From: Rhizophagus irregularis | Taxonomy: Eukaryota | NCBI RefSeq assembly: GCF_026210795.1 | Contig: NC_089429.1 | Coordinates: forward strand, 5,952,001-6,016,000 | Length of the DNA stretch: 64,000 nt | Direction: 5' to 3' | Shown here: in pieces, positions 41,101 through 55,200 of the stretch | Layout of the letters: each line of letters opens with the position of its first letter | Position numbering within the stretch: the stretch's first letter is position 1 | The notes under the pieces: generated by a model | Told to the model about the DNA's origin: nothing | The model's input: the letters and a program-made list of their open reading frames with translations, nothing else | The model's database searches: none | Position numbers and translations under genes: made by a program

Positions 41101-41806
41101 TGATTACTCGAAAAGTTGGGTTAAAGAAAGTTATATTATAATCCCAAAAAAAGAATGTACGAAAGTAATTCATATTTGTACTACTATTTGCTTGAATAAA
41201 AAAGTCGTGCACTTTTTTAACTTTAGTATTCTTTTTTTTATTCGAAGGTTTTGTCAAATCGGATAAATTATTTGCCGTGCGTTGTGTTAGTTGAGGCAAA
41301 CTAATGGCTTTGATCCACATGTTGTGTTCCAGAAGCTCCCATAGCAGATAAAGTTTGATTCTTCCCCTACATAATAATAATTTTATAAACCTTTATTAGT
41401 TAAATAATGTGATTATTGTTAAGAATTTAACCGAATTTTTCAAACTTATTATTCGGGTATTCTTAATTCGGATACAATTAATTGACTCATTAAGCTATGA
41501 ATATATTACGTCATCTATATGTAAAATAATGAATGGTGGGTATAAGAAAGAATATTATAATAAACTTTTGTAAAATAATGATATTATAATAGATACGGCT
41601 GAAAAAACATTTTTAAGGAGATCACTTTATATAATTGTTTCAAAATGGAAAAAATGGAAAAGATATACATGATTTATTCTTATACGAAAGGGTAACCATT
41701 TTGGATCAAAAAAAGTAACAAATTAAACGTTGCACTTGTTACAGACAAATAATATTTATAAGGTTATCATTTCGCCTTTCCTTTCGTTCATTTTCATAAA
41801 AAAAAA

Positions 41807-43017
41807 ATGACTGACAAAAATCCCTTATCAGACTTATTACAAAACTTAATCGACATTTTAAAAAACGAAGAATTTTATAATAACATTACCGTCGAAGTTG
41901 GTGATGGTTCAAATATAAAAACGGTTCGCGTTCACAATAGTAGTCCAAATATTGAATTAATCCTTAATAAAGAAATTAGGTCAAATCAACTTCAAAAAGA
42001 CCAATTTGAAGAAAGATTCACTATTATGTTAATGACTTCAGGTATTTTTTGACTTAATTCGTACTTTATCGATCTTATTTAGTACTACACAATTACTAAC
42101 TCCAGTAATATCATCTATAGCAGATCCTCAAAGTCCAGATCATCCATCCAGTGAACGTATAGACCTAGGTGCACTTCAAATGCAAGCTCTAAATATACCT
42201 AGAAAAATTGAATTTTTCATCCCTTTTCACTTAGCACAATGTAAAATTAAAGCGTTATTAAATAAGTTGACGTTAAAAAAATTTGATTCTATCTCAGATC
42301 AAATTATTTTCTACGCTAACAACAGAAGAGATGGATGTATGTTAAGGGAAATAGTTCGTCTTATATTTGAATCTCATGATGAATCGAATTTCTGTGCAAT
42401 ATATGCTCAGCTTTGCTTTAGGTTGATGGAAAGAGTCGATCATAAAATAATTGCCATCAAAAAATTCAGGAATAAGTTTCTTCAAGGCGGTACATTATTT
42501 AAAAAGTATCTTCTTGATCGGTGTGAAAAAGATTTTAAGAAAGGTTGGAAAGTTAACATGATGTCATATGAAAATTATGAAGCTATAAAGATTAGGAAGC
42601 AAGGTCTTGGTTTAATTCGTTTCATTGGCGAATTATTTAAATTAAAAATTATTGCAAAGAAAACTATGCATGAATGTATTGAGAAATTATTAAAATTGCC
42701 TGAGGAAGAAGAAATGGAAAGTTTATGTATATTAATGAATATAGTAGGAAAACAACTTGATTATATCGAATCGAACAATAATGAACAGAGAATGGAACCG
42801 TACTTTGAACGAATGAAGGAGTTATCAACATCTCCGAATTTGTCAAACCAAATAAAATTTTTGTTGATGGTAAATTTTATTGAATAATTTTTGTATTTAT
42901 ATTTATTATGTTATATTGTTAATATTTTTTTTTTAGGATGTCATAGATTTACGAGATAATGCTTGGAAACCTCGAGAGTCAAGAAGCGAAATATTTAAGT
43001 TGAATAGTAATGTTTAG
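41807..43017 (+). CDS. MIF4G-domain (eIF4G middle domain-like) protein with N-terminal BTB-like fragment; exons 41807-42041, 42121-42869, 42937-43017 (354 aa)
   Basis: Both GT-AG introns splice in frame. Motifs IKALLNKLTLKKFDSISDQI, YAQLC, FKKYLLDRCEKDF, GLIRFIGELFKL, ESLCILMNIVGKQLD, IKFLLM/DVIDLRDNAWKPR. Confidence 0.9.
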
Positions 43018-43763
43018 CTATCAAGTTATTTTATTGAAATACATATAGATTTAAGAGTCACTGTGTTTCAATAGTAGTTTCTTATTTTTTTTTATAGTTA
43101 TATTATAAATAAAGGAATATTTTCATAAATTTTTGTTATTCTGTTATATAATTATTAAATAAATAAATATAGTATCTTCTAGTTTTTACTAAAAATTTTC
43201 GTGATATTGTCTTAAGTATCTTTATCGAAGCATAACTTTATCATATCTAAAGTAATGAAAATTCATTAAATTAACCAACAATTCGCTTAATGTTGATATA
43301 GTATTATTTATTCTATTCCTCAATTTAATAATGGAGTTTTGATTTACGACGCAAGTCATTGCATGCGCATTTTACTATTAAACAATCCAGGGTATGATTT
43401 ACCGTGCGTTTACCACTATTTCACATGTATTATAAAATCTATAATTCAATCGATTGGCAAATTCCCATAATCTTTTTTCGTTTAGTTTATAAAAATCACA
43501 TGACCGAAACGCAGTATTTACTTATTACACGTATGTTGTAGATGATTAATATAATTTACATAAAAAACATCTCCTTTTACCGCTGCATAAAAAATAACAA
43601 TTCTGAAGGTATGATAAAATTAAGATATAAAAAATTTGCATAATTAACTCAATAATTATAATAATTATCAATATAACATAATTAATTACGATAATTGTCA
43701 ATATCGTTAATTAACATGATAATTAATTACGATAATTATCTAAAAAATAAATTCGATTAATGA

Positions 43764-43967
43764 TTTTGCTTTAAAAACGTAATATCTTGTGTTATAGAAC
43801 TATAAATCGCTTATTTTATTAATAAATTTCCAAAAAAAGAAATTCGATTAATTAAACACAAGTTATTTCTAGATATTTATATATTTGCTTTTTAAAACGT
43901 AATATCTCGTGTTATAGAACTATAAATCGCTTATTTTTATTTAATAAATTTCCAAAAAAAGAAATTC
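43764..43967 (+). repeat. Direct duplication of about 82 bp at about 120-bp spacing
   Basis: tttgcttt...aaaacgtaatatct(t/c)gtgttatagaactataaatcgcttatttt...ccaaaaaaagaaattc occurs twice. Confidence 0.9.
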
Positions 43968-44049
43968 ACAATCCATAAAACTTGTTATGAAACGTGACGA
44001 TAAAATAATGATAAATTTCGCGAGACTACTTTGTACTACGTGAAAGAAT

Positions 44050-46527
44050 TGCTAATCTAAAAACTATATATAATATCTAAGGTCCTTCATATGCCCAACC
44101 TAAACCCAAAGAGTAAGTTCCAGGCCAACTATCCGGAGAAGTAAGTCGTAAAATCTAAGAGCAAAGTGACCTAAGACCCCGAACTGTTCGACTATACAGA
44201 AAATCCGAGATTTTGTCCAACCAAAATCCACCCTAAGTGATAGAGTCTTGAAGCCAATTCCTAACATTTGACGTCAAAGGATTATTCTGTTGAAAATGCA
44301 AGAAGAAGGTACTTGCGCAGGAGGAAACAACAGGAGAGAAGGACCGGGAAGATGAACGAGAACGACGAGACTTCTTAATCTTCTTGGTAATGTTCTGAGA
44401 GAGTTCTCATTGAATGAAATTGGCACAACGCGGTGACCAAAGGTATTTGTAAACGTGATCTTTGAAAACGGAAAAGCGCCGAAAATAGGATACCGGTGGT
44501 TCGTTTTTGAGTAAAGACTTGGAGAGAATTGCAACCAGATCTGCCGGAATAAGCCGCGGATAAGATCATGCGCAGTAGGAGAACGAGGATGCGGGGAGGA
44601 ATTCAAAGAAGAATAGTGCCAAATAGATAACGTGTCAAAGGACGCGAGTAGAGACAGATCAGAAGATTTTGTCTTCTTGTATGCGGTAATAAGTTTCTTC
44701 CTTAAGTTATGGCGGAAACATTCCAACAGGATGTAAAAGTGTGATTGAGAACGCTTTTCTGAAAGCATGAACAGCTTTACAAGTCCAAAGGTGCGTTGAA
44801 AAGTAATTTCAAACGGAAAATCCTAAGATTGTGGTCTTTGAAGTTAGTACGTGGGCCAAAATACAGGGAGTAATGAAGAAATTTCCATGTGAACTTAGAA
44901 GACGCGTTGTGCGCAAAGCGCGAAAATCTGGAGAGAGAGAAAATATAATTGATCGTAGCGCGAGGAGACAAATTTACGAAGATCGGAATCGATAAAAGTG
45001 CCGTTAAAGGTGGGTTGTGCGTTAAATCGGGATCCAGATTGGTTAAAGGTGGTGGTAAAAGGACTCGGACAAGGGATGGTCCTTAGCTAAAGTGTCAGCA
45101 CGGTCGTTGAGAACGTCATCCGAATGGGCGGGAATTTTGGTGAACCTCAATTGAAGTGATTTGGAGATGCATAACTTTTGAAATACGTCCATAGGAGATA
45201 GTTCTTTAATCGGAACGTGCGTGAACAGTAGGGAGTAGAGAGGACTTTCGATGCAGAGGAAATAACAGCGGCTGCATCAGTACGTATTTCGGCGGTAGCA
45301 TTAGGCGGTAAAAGTTCCAAATCTGATAACAGAGTACATAGTTCGGCTCGGAGTGAAGAGAGCCACAAAAGTGGGATAGAGGAGGAGCGATGAGATAAAA
45401 TGAAACCATGTTCGTCACATTGGACCCAACCAAGGCCTATGTGACATCATCAGAATGAGGAATCCGTGAATGATCGATCCACTGGGACAGAAGGATTATG
45501 ATCAATATCAGAGTCCAAAGGAATAAAATTCGCATTAAATCTATTACAAAAAGCAATGAGGGAAGAAAAAATATAATAATAAGATAATTTAATAAACAAA
45601 TTAGAAGAACGCAGATGCAATTTAGCTGATAAAGTATTCAGACGAATCATCCAGAAGTTCGAAGCGCGTATCCAACATGTAGCACTATGGGCTGCTTTGA
45701 TAAGGTATTTAGCTCGTTTGATCGAAGTATTGTTGAATTCGCATCCAGTACACGGCTGTAGTGACAAGGAGCTAGAGTGAGGTGCGAATGTGTTGCTCAG
45801 GGAGTCGTTCGGTATCATAATACAATGAGAGAGGATGACTTCGGAGGAAGGAGCAGTTCGTAAAGTACGACCGATGATGAGGTCCGAAGAATTCAAATTG
45901 ATTCATCAGGAGAAGGATCGAATTTTCCGGTTGACACGACAAGAGATGGTAGCAATCCATGTATTATGATTCGAGGTAGTAGTATCAACTAAGGAAGGCG
46001 AGGAGAAAGGGAGATGTTTTATCATCTATCCAGAATTCGGGACGCAGTTTATAAGAGTTTGGCGAAACGGTGACAAGGCTAAGGAGAACAGTATAATACG
46101 AAGGGGCAGACACCTTTACGCTGGACAGTTAGTAAAGATTTCAAATCGTTCCAGGAGAGAAGATAAGATATAAACCATTTTCAGAGACGATTTGGGAGAG
46201 AAAGTAAACCTGATGTAAAGCTAAAGAATTAAAATGCTTGGAGGGGTTCGGCAAAAGACGAATTAACGGGAATTGACCATTCAAGGATACGAGATTCAGA
46301 ATCGGGGAGGGTGAGAGGGGAATCATTCAAAAAATCTCTGAAGTCGTATAAAAGGATTGATCAAAAGAGATTGAAAGAGTTCTTTGATTCCATAACCATG
46401 GATGGAGAGGAAACGAACGAGGCATATTGGTATGATGCCTGAAATAGCGTCGTAATCCTAATTGAAGGTTGTGACTATGTTCTGGAGAGATATATGTTGT
46501 CTGTGCTCGAAATTCGACAAGAGAAGA
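44050..46527 (-). mobile_element. 5'-truncated, decayed non-LTR retrotransposon (LINE) with RNase H domain
   Basis: Perfect 18-bp TSD tgtactacgtgaaagaat (44032-44049, 46528-46545). RNase H motifs SSLRAEL, EIRTDAAAVI, KIPAHSDDVLNDRADTLAK. Higher GC and purine skew. No RT core. Confidence 0.9.
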
Positions 46528-49500
46528 TGTACTACGTGAAAGAATATGTGACTTATGATTGTAAATATCTGAAAATTTTCAAGATTTGGTTTTTTTTCTG
46601 TGGATTATAGTCAAATCATTTCTTAAGAGATATTTTTTTCGCTCCTTTTGCACCACTTAGACGTAAGAAAACGATCTTTAGTTTGAATGTTCCAAACTGA
46701 TTTGAGTTTGATCTTTCCTACAAATTTCTTTCAAAAACATTACACTGTAAGCTTACTATGTTCAAAATGATTCTGTTCTTTAACATAAAAGTAGGTTCTA
46801 TCTAACTCTATCAAAATTTGTTTCTTTGTTTATTTTTATTTTCAGGTGAAAAGGAAGTTCAATACGGCATATTAAGCTCAATTTTGTAATGTCCGGTGAA
46901 GAAAAGAAAATGTATTCACGATAACAGTGCCTGAAGAATATAACATGAACGAACTATAACACGAATTTAGAGAAAGTGTTTCACCACGTCTGGATCGCAT
47001 CGTGTTTATTCAAGTAAATCCTTACAAGTTCCAATTCGGCTTAAGAGTTCCGAACAAAATTTACAATTACTGGGCTCTTTACAACGAATTGCCTTTATGG
47101 AGCAAGAAATACATTGCAATTTTTGGTATAACTATACTACAGAATTTACAGTATATGGAATATAGTGCGAGATGTAATTACGTTAACAGATTTAAAAATT
47201 TTATTTCAGTTTACCGACCTTAATAATGTTAAACACCGACAACTGGAAATAAAAAAATTTTGAACGAAGGGAAGATAATAACATTGTAGAAAGTGATGGA
47301 GATCTAGCATACATAGTATGGAGAGATAAATATAATTTATATTATTAACAATAGGTAATTTAACTATTTTCTGTAAATTCATGAGAAATAATAAATACGT
47401 ATAAATTTAATTTTTTTTTTTATTTAGGAGAAAAAAAAAATTGCGAATTTACAATTGAACGAAATAACATGTCCATGCACTGAAGAAAAACAACATAACA
47501 TTTATCAGAAACTTAAACTACATAGTTCTATTTGAAAGCTATCAAAATATATTTCAACTGTTCGCTAAAGATGGATGACATCGGACTCCAAGAACTAGAA
47601 GCAGTAATCTATATAGTGTTTATACTGGTACTGTAAGGATCATTGGTGTACTGACAAATTTTCCTTAAGGTTGACGATTGTATATGTAATATATTTCAAC
47701 TATAATAATTTTAATTCAATGTTATAATTTCTTATCATCAAATTAATTTGATTCATTTAATTCGTGTTGCATCATCAATTGAGCGATTGCGGAACTATCA
47801 TTAAACTCAACATCATATTTTGGAATATCTTTATATGAGGATTAAGTAAATAGCTTGTGGGTGAGTAGTTGGTGGGTTATTTCCAACAGATGAAAGCTTC
47901 ATTGAATTCTTTTACTGTTCCATGATTATTATCTTCCCCCATTGCATTGAACAAAAAAAATTGCAGTTTTATATTCGTTATCCTTTTCCAATTGCATTTT
48001 AATTTCATGATCTCCCGTAATTACTGCATTCTGCTAATAGGTATTGAAAAGGAGTAAGTCGTAGTGTTACGTGAGCTTCTTTAAGATGTAAATATTTATA
48101 ATGTGGGAGTTGTATAATAGATCGAGGGTTTGAATTCCAATTGATTTTTCAATTTTAATAATTCGATTTAGACGGATTTTTATTATTAACCGATGATGTT
48201 GATGGTGGATTGAGCGATAGATGCTTGCATTGATAAATTTGAAAATAATTTTTTCGATAAAAAATAATATTTTTTTTTGTGGATTATTTTTTTTAAAAAA
48301 AAAGAAGTAAAAAAAAAATTATTAGAATTATTGATATGCGATTAAAAAAAATACAGACTAAATTAAAAAAAATTGATTATTAAAAAATTCAAATTGTAAA
48401 TTTTACAGTAATTTTGTGGATTTTACGAATTCAAAAAATTCTGTCTATTTTTATTATTATGATTATTTATTATATTTGTTCTATATAAATTGGTATATGA
48501 TACACATAATAATGAAATTATTGGATATTTATAGAAAGATGGTGCCACTTTTATACCATGAATTTTATTATTATTATCAAGCATAATTGAATAAGAATCG
48601 ATATATTTTATATATCTGACATAAAAATCGATTATTTCGTCCTAAATTTTACAAAACAATTTGAATGATATGTATATTATTTGCATAACATAAATTTATT
48701 CTTTGAAATACATAGGATTTTCAGTGTCAATTTATTTGATGAGGAGATAAGGAAGATTTATTCCTTTATAATTTTAGTGTACAAGGAACATGTGAATATG
48801 CTAAAAGAAATGTATCACACGGAGTACCAGCAGACAAAAATAAAAATCGTATAATTTGAGCTCGATTTATTTTTTCATAGACTTAAAAATTTTTTGGTAA
48901 AATGAACCTTTAAGACGTGCAGATTACATTCCACAAATTCACAATTGTTTAATTAATAACGAATTAAACCACCGACATTATTTTAACCCCTAAATTATTC
49001 ATTTCCTCTTCTCATCAACATAACCCCAAAATTGATGAATATACCAAAATTGACATTAATAACCTGCCAGATATGAAGATATGAAACAAAAAAAAAAAAT
49101 ATTAATTATTATTTATTACAAATGTGTCACGTCAACGATTCCCGTCTAATATGTTCTGAACTTTAAACGAAGTATTCTCAGATTAGTATTTGTTGATATG
49201 CTGGAAATTTATTCACCCGTGTGAAACCTGAAGTGGTTTGTACCAACTATGCAATTTGCATCATTTGTATTGTTTTTACAGCATATATTTTGTGGATAAT
49301 TATTTATTATTAATTTTAAATTAATTTATTCATTGGGATATTTTTTGTATCAGTTTTATTAATCAAGAAATTCATTCAAAACTTGTTTTGGTGAAGTATC
49401 ATTTTTTAAATTGTTAGTATTATATATCAGATAATACGAACATATTATTTATTACACATCATCCCTTTTTTGTTTCTTTTGTTATAAAGTTCTAATTTGA

Positions 49501-51078
49501 AAATTAAAGGGCTAGAATTTTAATTCGAATAAATGATTCCATTTGATACATGACTGAAAATGGTCTAATTGTTTTAAATAAAGTTCTTGACCGACTGATT
49601 TATCGATCGTTAAAAAATTGGATTTGTGTTATATTTGAAAAAACCTTATTCTTGAATTACTGTAACTTGTTAAAAAAGTGGCTTTTCTGCTTCTGGTAAA
49701 AAGTGACCATATGACTCATGTAAACATCCGAGATTCCCCCATTTTCAATACAATTTTTAAAAGATTCGAAATTTCGAATACGTGTACTTTGAAAATAAAA
49801 TGTTTAGCTCCTGGGTCCTAGTTTTTATTTGTAGGTCAAACAATCAAAACAATCAGATTATAAAATGGTTATTACGGATAGAGGAATTTACGCGATTGGT
49901 GAATAAATTATTGAATATTATTGATATTTATTAAAATGTACATTTTTGGTATTTCTTTTAATCCTTTACTCCAAAAGAGTATTGATCAATAAAAGCTTAA
50001 CCTAAATTTAATTGGGTATTTTGGGGATGAAAAAAATGAAATTTTTTTTAATTTTTAAACTAGTTTAAAATTAATATTATGTAAATCGATGATATTTTAT
50101 TTTTTTTGGCTTCTAGCCATTAACGTCTATGTCCCAGGCCTGATGGGAAAAAAAAATCTTTACCCCAATTTCAAACCTTTCAAATTCTATACATGTTTTC
50201 TTATCAAAATTACTTATCTTGGAAACAATTACAATAACTAGGGTTACTGTACATACTGTACAACATTCGTTATCATCAGTGTTTATCATTATCACATTTT
50301 ACGCGCTACAACCACAAGTCCACAAAGTCCACAAAAAAAATTTCACGTGATCTACATGTCATTTGACTAGTTTTATACACAAAAAATTTTTTCTTTTTTT
50401 ATTTATACAATAATACAATAAAAAGGATAAAGAAAGTGCGGATCGGGTAGGTCCATCATTTATTTATTAATTATTTTGATTTCATATATTCTTTATGAAT
50501 TTTACACAATATTTCATGTACAATTTATTCTTTAATTTAATTAATCAAATTAAATCCCTACTTCTTCCTTAATCGATAATTTCGATTTTCAGAAATGTGC
50601 GTAAAAACGAAATTGTGATAAATAAATAATTTGATCATCGTTTACTGATCGCAATTGAAAAAATTAATCCTCCAATTTCGAAAATAAGACATTCGATTAT
50701 TTGTTCTTGTATAGAATAAGATCATATTTAAAAAAACATCGTTAGAATTTACAATATAATCTTTTTATCTCACGGTTCGTGTAATATTTTTCCTTTGATG
50801 TCTCACGAATCTTACATAAATTCAAAGTATTCATAAAATACATTGTATGTCGTATCGTTTCGTGAATATGTTGTGATCGCCCTCAACAACATCTTTACAT
50901 GTCCGTAATGTCCGTGAATACACCCTCAAACAATATGATGTCTTTATATTTTGAATATAATTATTTTATATATTATTATTATTATTAAATGTAATATATA
51001 AGACATCCGTAATTAATTGCTACCCTATCCCTAAAATTTATATGATATATTTTACTTCTACTATAAAAAAAAAGGATC

Positions 51079-52210
51079 TCACATTTTTAAAGCTAAATAT
51101 CTTCGATAATAAAAATAAGCATTATTATCCTCTTCATTATCTCTGACTTCTTTTTCAATTTCTCCAACTAAATTATCATATTCTTCATTCGTTAAGTTCA
51201 TAATTGAAATTAAATTATCAGCCATCGATTTTACAGTATTCATTATATATTCGGCAGAAAGTTCCCCGATAAACCCATTAGATTTACCAATCGGAATTTT
51301 TAATTTTTGTTCCATAACATCTTTTAATTGATTTGTACTTTTAAGACATTCTTCAAATCGATATGGAATTTCATAATCAATACTTTGAGTTTCAAGCCAA
51401 GGCTTCACTATTAAACATAAAATTTAATAATTAAATTGAATGTTAAAGAAAGAGTCGTCATGTTAAATATTTTACTTACATCCATCAACATTCCAACGCA
51501 GCAATGCTTTGCCTCTATTATGGCCTTCGGTAATTTCTTCCTCAACAAACTAAAAAAGAATTTTTTTTTTCATTAAATATTTGGATTTATTTGATAAAAA
51601 ATCGGATTAAAAAATATATATATATTTATTTATTAAATTACCTCAATGTATCCTCCAGGTTTGAGAACTCGCAATAATTCTTTAATTACAATCGATTCGA
51701 AATTGGGTTTACGGAAGGTAAACATTATATTTCTAGCAAACACATAATCAAATTCCGCATCTTTGAATGGAAGAGTATCGGTAAGAACATTTGATACTAT
51801 AAACTCAACATTTTTGGGTGAAACTGATCCGGGGAAGGATGCTGTTGGATTAATTCCATAAAATTTTGATGATGGAAATTCCGTTGCCATTTCTAACGTC
51901 CAATAACCTGAACCGCATCTAAAAGAATATGGTAAATAATATTTAAATAAATTTTATTTTATATTGATTCTATACTTTTTTTAAAAAAAAGTATTTACCC
52001 AAAATCAAGAACTTTAGCACCAGATTTTGAACGTAATAAGTCATCAACTGGGGCACCGAAATTACCATTCCAAGCTTGTCTTAACATGAGATGTGCGCAA
52101 TATAATTGGTCACTTCTATACCCTTCTTTTCTGATATCTATTATACCTACTACGGGTACTTCTTCTTCTTCATATTCATCTTCATCTTCAATGTGAGATG
52201 ATTCATCCAT
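51079..52210 (-). CDS. Class I SAM-dependent methyltransferase (LaeA-like/Methyltransf_25 type); exons 52210-51999, 51918-51642, 51549-51480, 51407-51079 (295 aa)
   Basis: Three GT-AG introns splice in frame. Motif I VLDFGCGSGYW, LPFKDAEFDYVFAR, ELLRVLKPGGYIE. Confidence 0.93.
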
Positions 52211-55200
52211 GCTTATAAATTTTTTAAAATATTTTTTAGTTTACAGAGAGTTCGACAGTAATTCCTTTTTTTACGAGATGATAACTTGTATTGATAACTG
52301 TATTTAGTCTGGTTACATTAAAAAAAAAATATAAGGGGTTTATATATGATTTTTCATGTGACCGAAATCTTATCGTAGATGTTTGATCAAACCTTAAACA
52401 TTATCATGTCCCTACTTTAAAAGTTATTTTTTTTTATTTTTAGAAATCTCAATCCATTTATTGAATTTGGTTTCATTCACTTAGTTTATTTTTAGAAAAC
52501 TTGCACCATCGATTGAATTTTATCACAGAAAAAGTTTAAGTTTACTACTAGTTTTACACTTTTTACTCACATTTTTTATTTTTAGAAACCTAATTAAACT
52601 TGTCTTAAAGAATTTATTTTTAGAAAACCCGTTCTAGTGAATTTGGTCTCAAAAGAAAAAGGTGAATTTTATGTATCATATGAAAAATGGTGTATTAAGT
52701 TATCCATGAACACTGGTAAATCGAATATAAATAAAGATGTCTGCTGTTTTTAATAAATCAAAAATTGGATTACAATAATGTAGTTAATTTTATCATATTG
52801 GAAAGAATGATATGATATTCATATCAAAAACCAAAAATATTGTATATTATTTACTATTCTAAAAATTGGTGGTGTGATTGGTGCCTGAAAAAGGCTTACA
52901 AATAATAAACCCTACACTTTTGGATAGTTCATTCTATTATAAGTGTTAGAATTTGATCATATAAAAACCTAATCAAATAAAAAAGTATCAATGAATATCA
53001 ATATTAAATAATGAATCGCCATGGTCCAATTGAAAGATTTCGGATTTTTTAAGCATTTCTAAATATTGGAAAAGATTACTCACCTCAAATAAAAAAAAAA
53101 GATCAAGACTGTACAAATAGACCACAGCTAAGCGAACAGTTTCAATAAAAAAAGGCGAAAGCGAACGCCTATTATGTGAATAACAAGTTCGAGGAGATAT
53201 TGATCTTTTAGGATAAGTATATATATAAGTTGGGGTTGATAAAAATAATCATTAGGACGTTTCATGTTGTCCTTATAAGGAAAGTTACCAAGAGGTGGTG
53301 ATGATGCGCGGTAGTAATAAGGAATTCACGGTAACGAGGATATTCTCCTTCTCTAAATCAGGTTCTCAATGGTAATCATAATATGGAGCACGCATTCTAT
53401 CCGCTTTTCTACCATATTCATAATACGGAACACGCATATGTGGATGGGATTCTTCATAATAACTTATCGGATTATCATGCGGTCGTGTTCGTTCACGATC
53501 CCTTTCTATTATTCTTCTCTTTAACGATTATACCTTTCTTTCGATTTACTATTTAAAAATTTCTTTCTCTAACTGTATACGAGTTCTATCTTTAATTCGT
53601 ATTCTGTCAAATAATTGTACCCTCTCGTAATTAAAATCTCGATTTCTATATCGCATTCGACACTATTATTAAAATAACCCTGCTGAGGAATCGATTAATG
53701 GAATGCCATGAAAGAGGAATTTCATGATGATGAGATGATGATAATGTAAAGATTTTATTGAGCAATAGCTGCTGGACGATTTGGAGCTGAAACCAAAAAT
53801 AGGATTTGGTGGTGGTGTGGGCGGAGTTGTAACCGTATTGTTACTCCTCCAACGGTCGTAAATAATACGGACCTTCGTTATGAATGTTATTAAATTGATT
53901 GTAATTTTACTCCCGTTTTTTGTTTTTCAGAATATCTAGAATTCTTATCGTATGGATCTAGAACATTCCTTTCTGTTGGATCTGATTTATATACAAGTGC
54001 AAGTTCATGAGACTTCATTTTGATCTACTATATCATGTTTTTCGTCCTGTGACTGTGTTGTGACTTTAACCATAGCGTTCAAATTCACGATCATCGTTAG
54101 AAGTTTGTTAAGTTTGTTGAACCGGTTCTTTTTTTGGAGTGATAGATTGTAAGTTCTGTTATGTTATTCAGCTGAAAGTATTTCTTTTCTATCTTCGATA
54201 TTTATTTCATCCATCCTTAATTTTTACATATTTATAAAGTTTCTATTCAAGATTTTAAATTATTATTTGAATTTCATAAAATAAATCAAAAATCAAATAA
54301 CTGTAGATTATGATCATTGATCATCATCAGTTCATCAAATGAAAAAAAAAATTCTTTATTACTTTATGAATTATATAAAAATTGTATAATCACCTGTATT
54401 TCAATCATTGGACTTTACCATAGACAAGAAACAGAGTCTTCTACGAACAATAACAGAAAGTTTATGAAACATATATGTCACATTGACCTTTTATTACATA
54501 CCTTTCACTTTTTAATTTAACAGAGAGGTTATACAAAATTTAAATTTACTATTTATGACGTTTATTAAAATCGTTCGAGAATATTAAATATTTGGTGGGG
54601 AAGGTTTTCCTTATTAAATAAAGCTGGAGAGGTGATAACTAAAACAATTTATGTTCGTCAAGATGAATATGACAATGATGATGATGTCCTATATTCAAAT
54701 CGAATATTTACAAGATGGTCAAAGGTATTTATTTTTATTAATTTGATCAATTTATTAATTAGAAAATGAATTCTAACGTGTTTTATTAAAAATGGCTTCA
54801 GACTCATACACTATGATTTGACATTTCTATTTACACTGTCAAGCAATCAGTAATCTAGAGGTCTGATCTTTGTAATCAAGACAACAGTAAATCTATAAAG
54901 AAAGAGATGTAAAGAAATCTATGATAGGTACGTATTTAATTGTTGATATTATCAAAATATTATCATGTTAATTCGCTTTTAAATACCCTACAATTTCTAA
55001 TTTATATAGAAGTTCTTTTTATGAATATGAATGCAGAAAATGAATTCTCGAATTGATCACGAGAAGATCCTCGTGGAGAAGGTTTTTCTTTTAACTATAA
55101 AGCTGAAGTTTTCTTTAATATCGAAGAGTTTGTGGAGGACACTTTGTTCGTGTGTTTTCTAAACTCACTGAATAATTGGGTATGTCTAAATATCAACATT

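Noticed and set aside
46845..48230. Two possible degraded genes (plus strand about 46845-47620, minus strand about 47730-48230)
   Set aside because: Fragmentary with many stops; no domain I can support.
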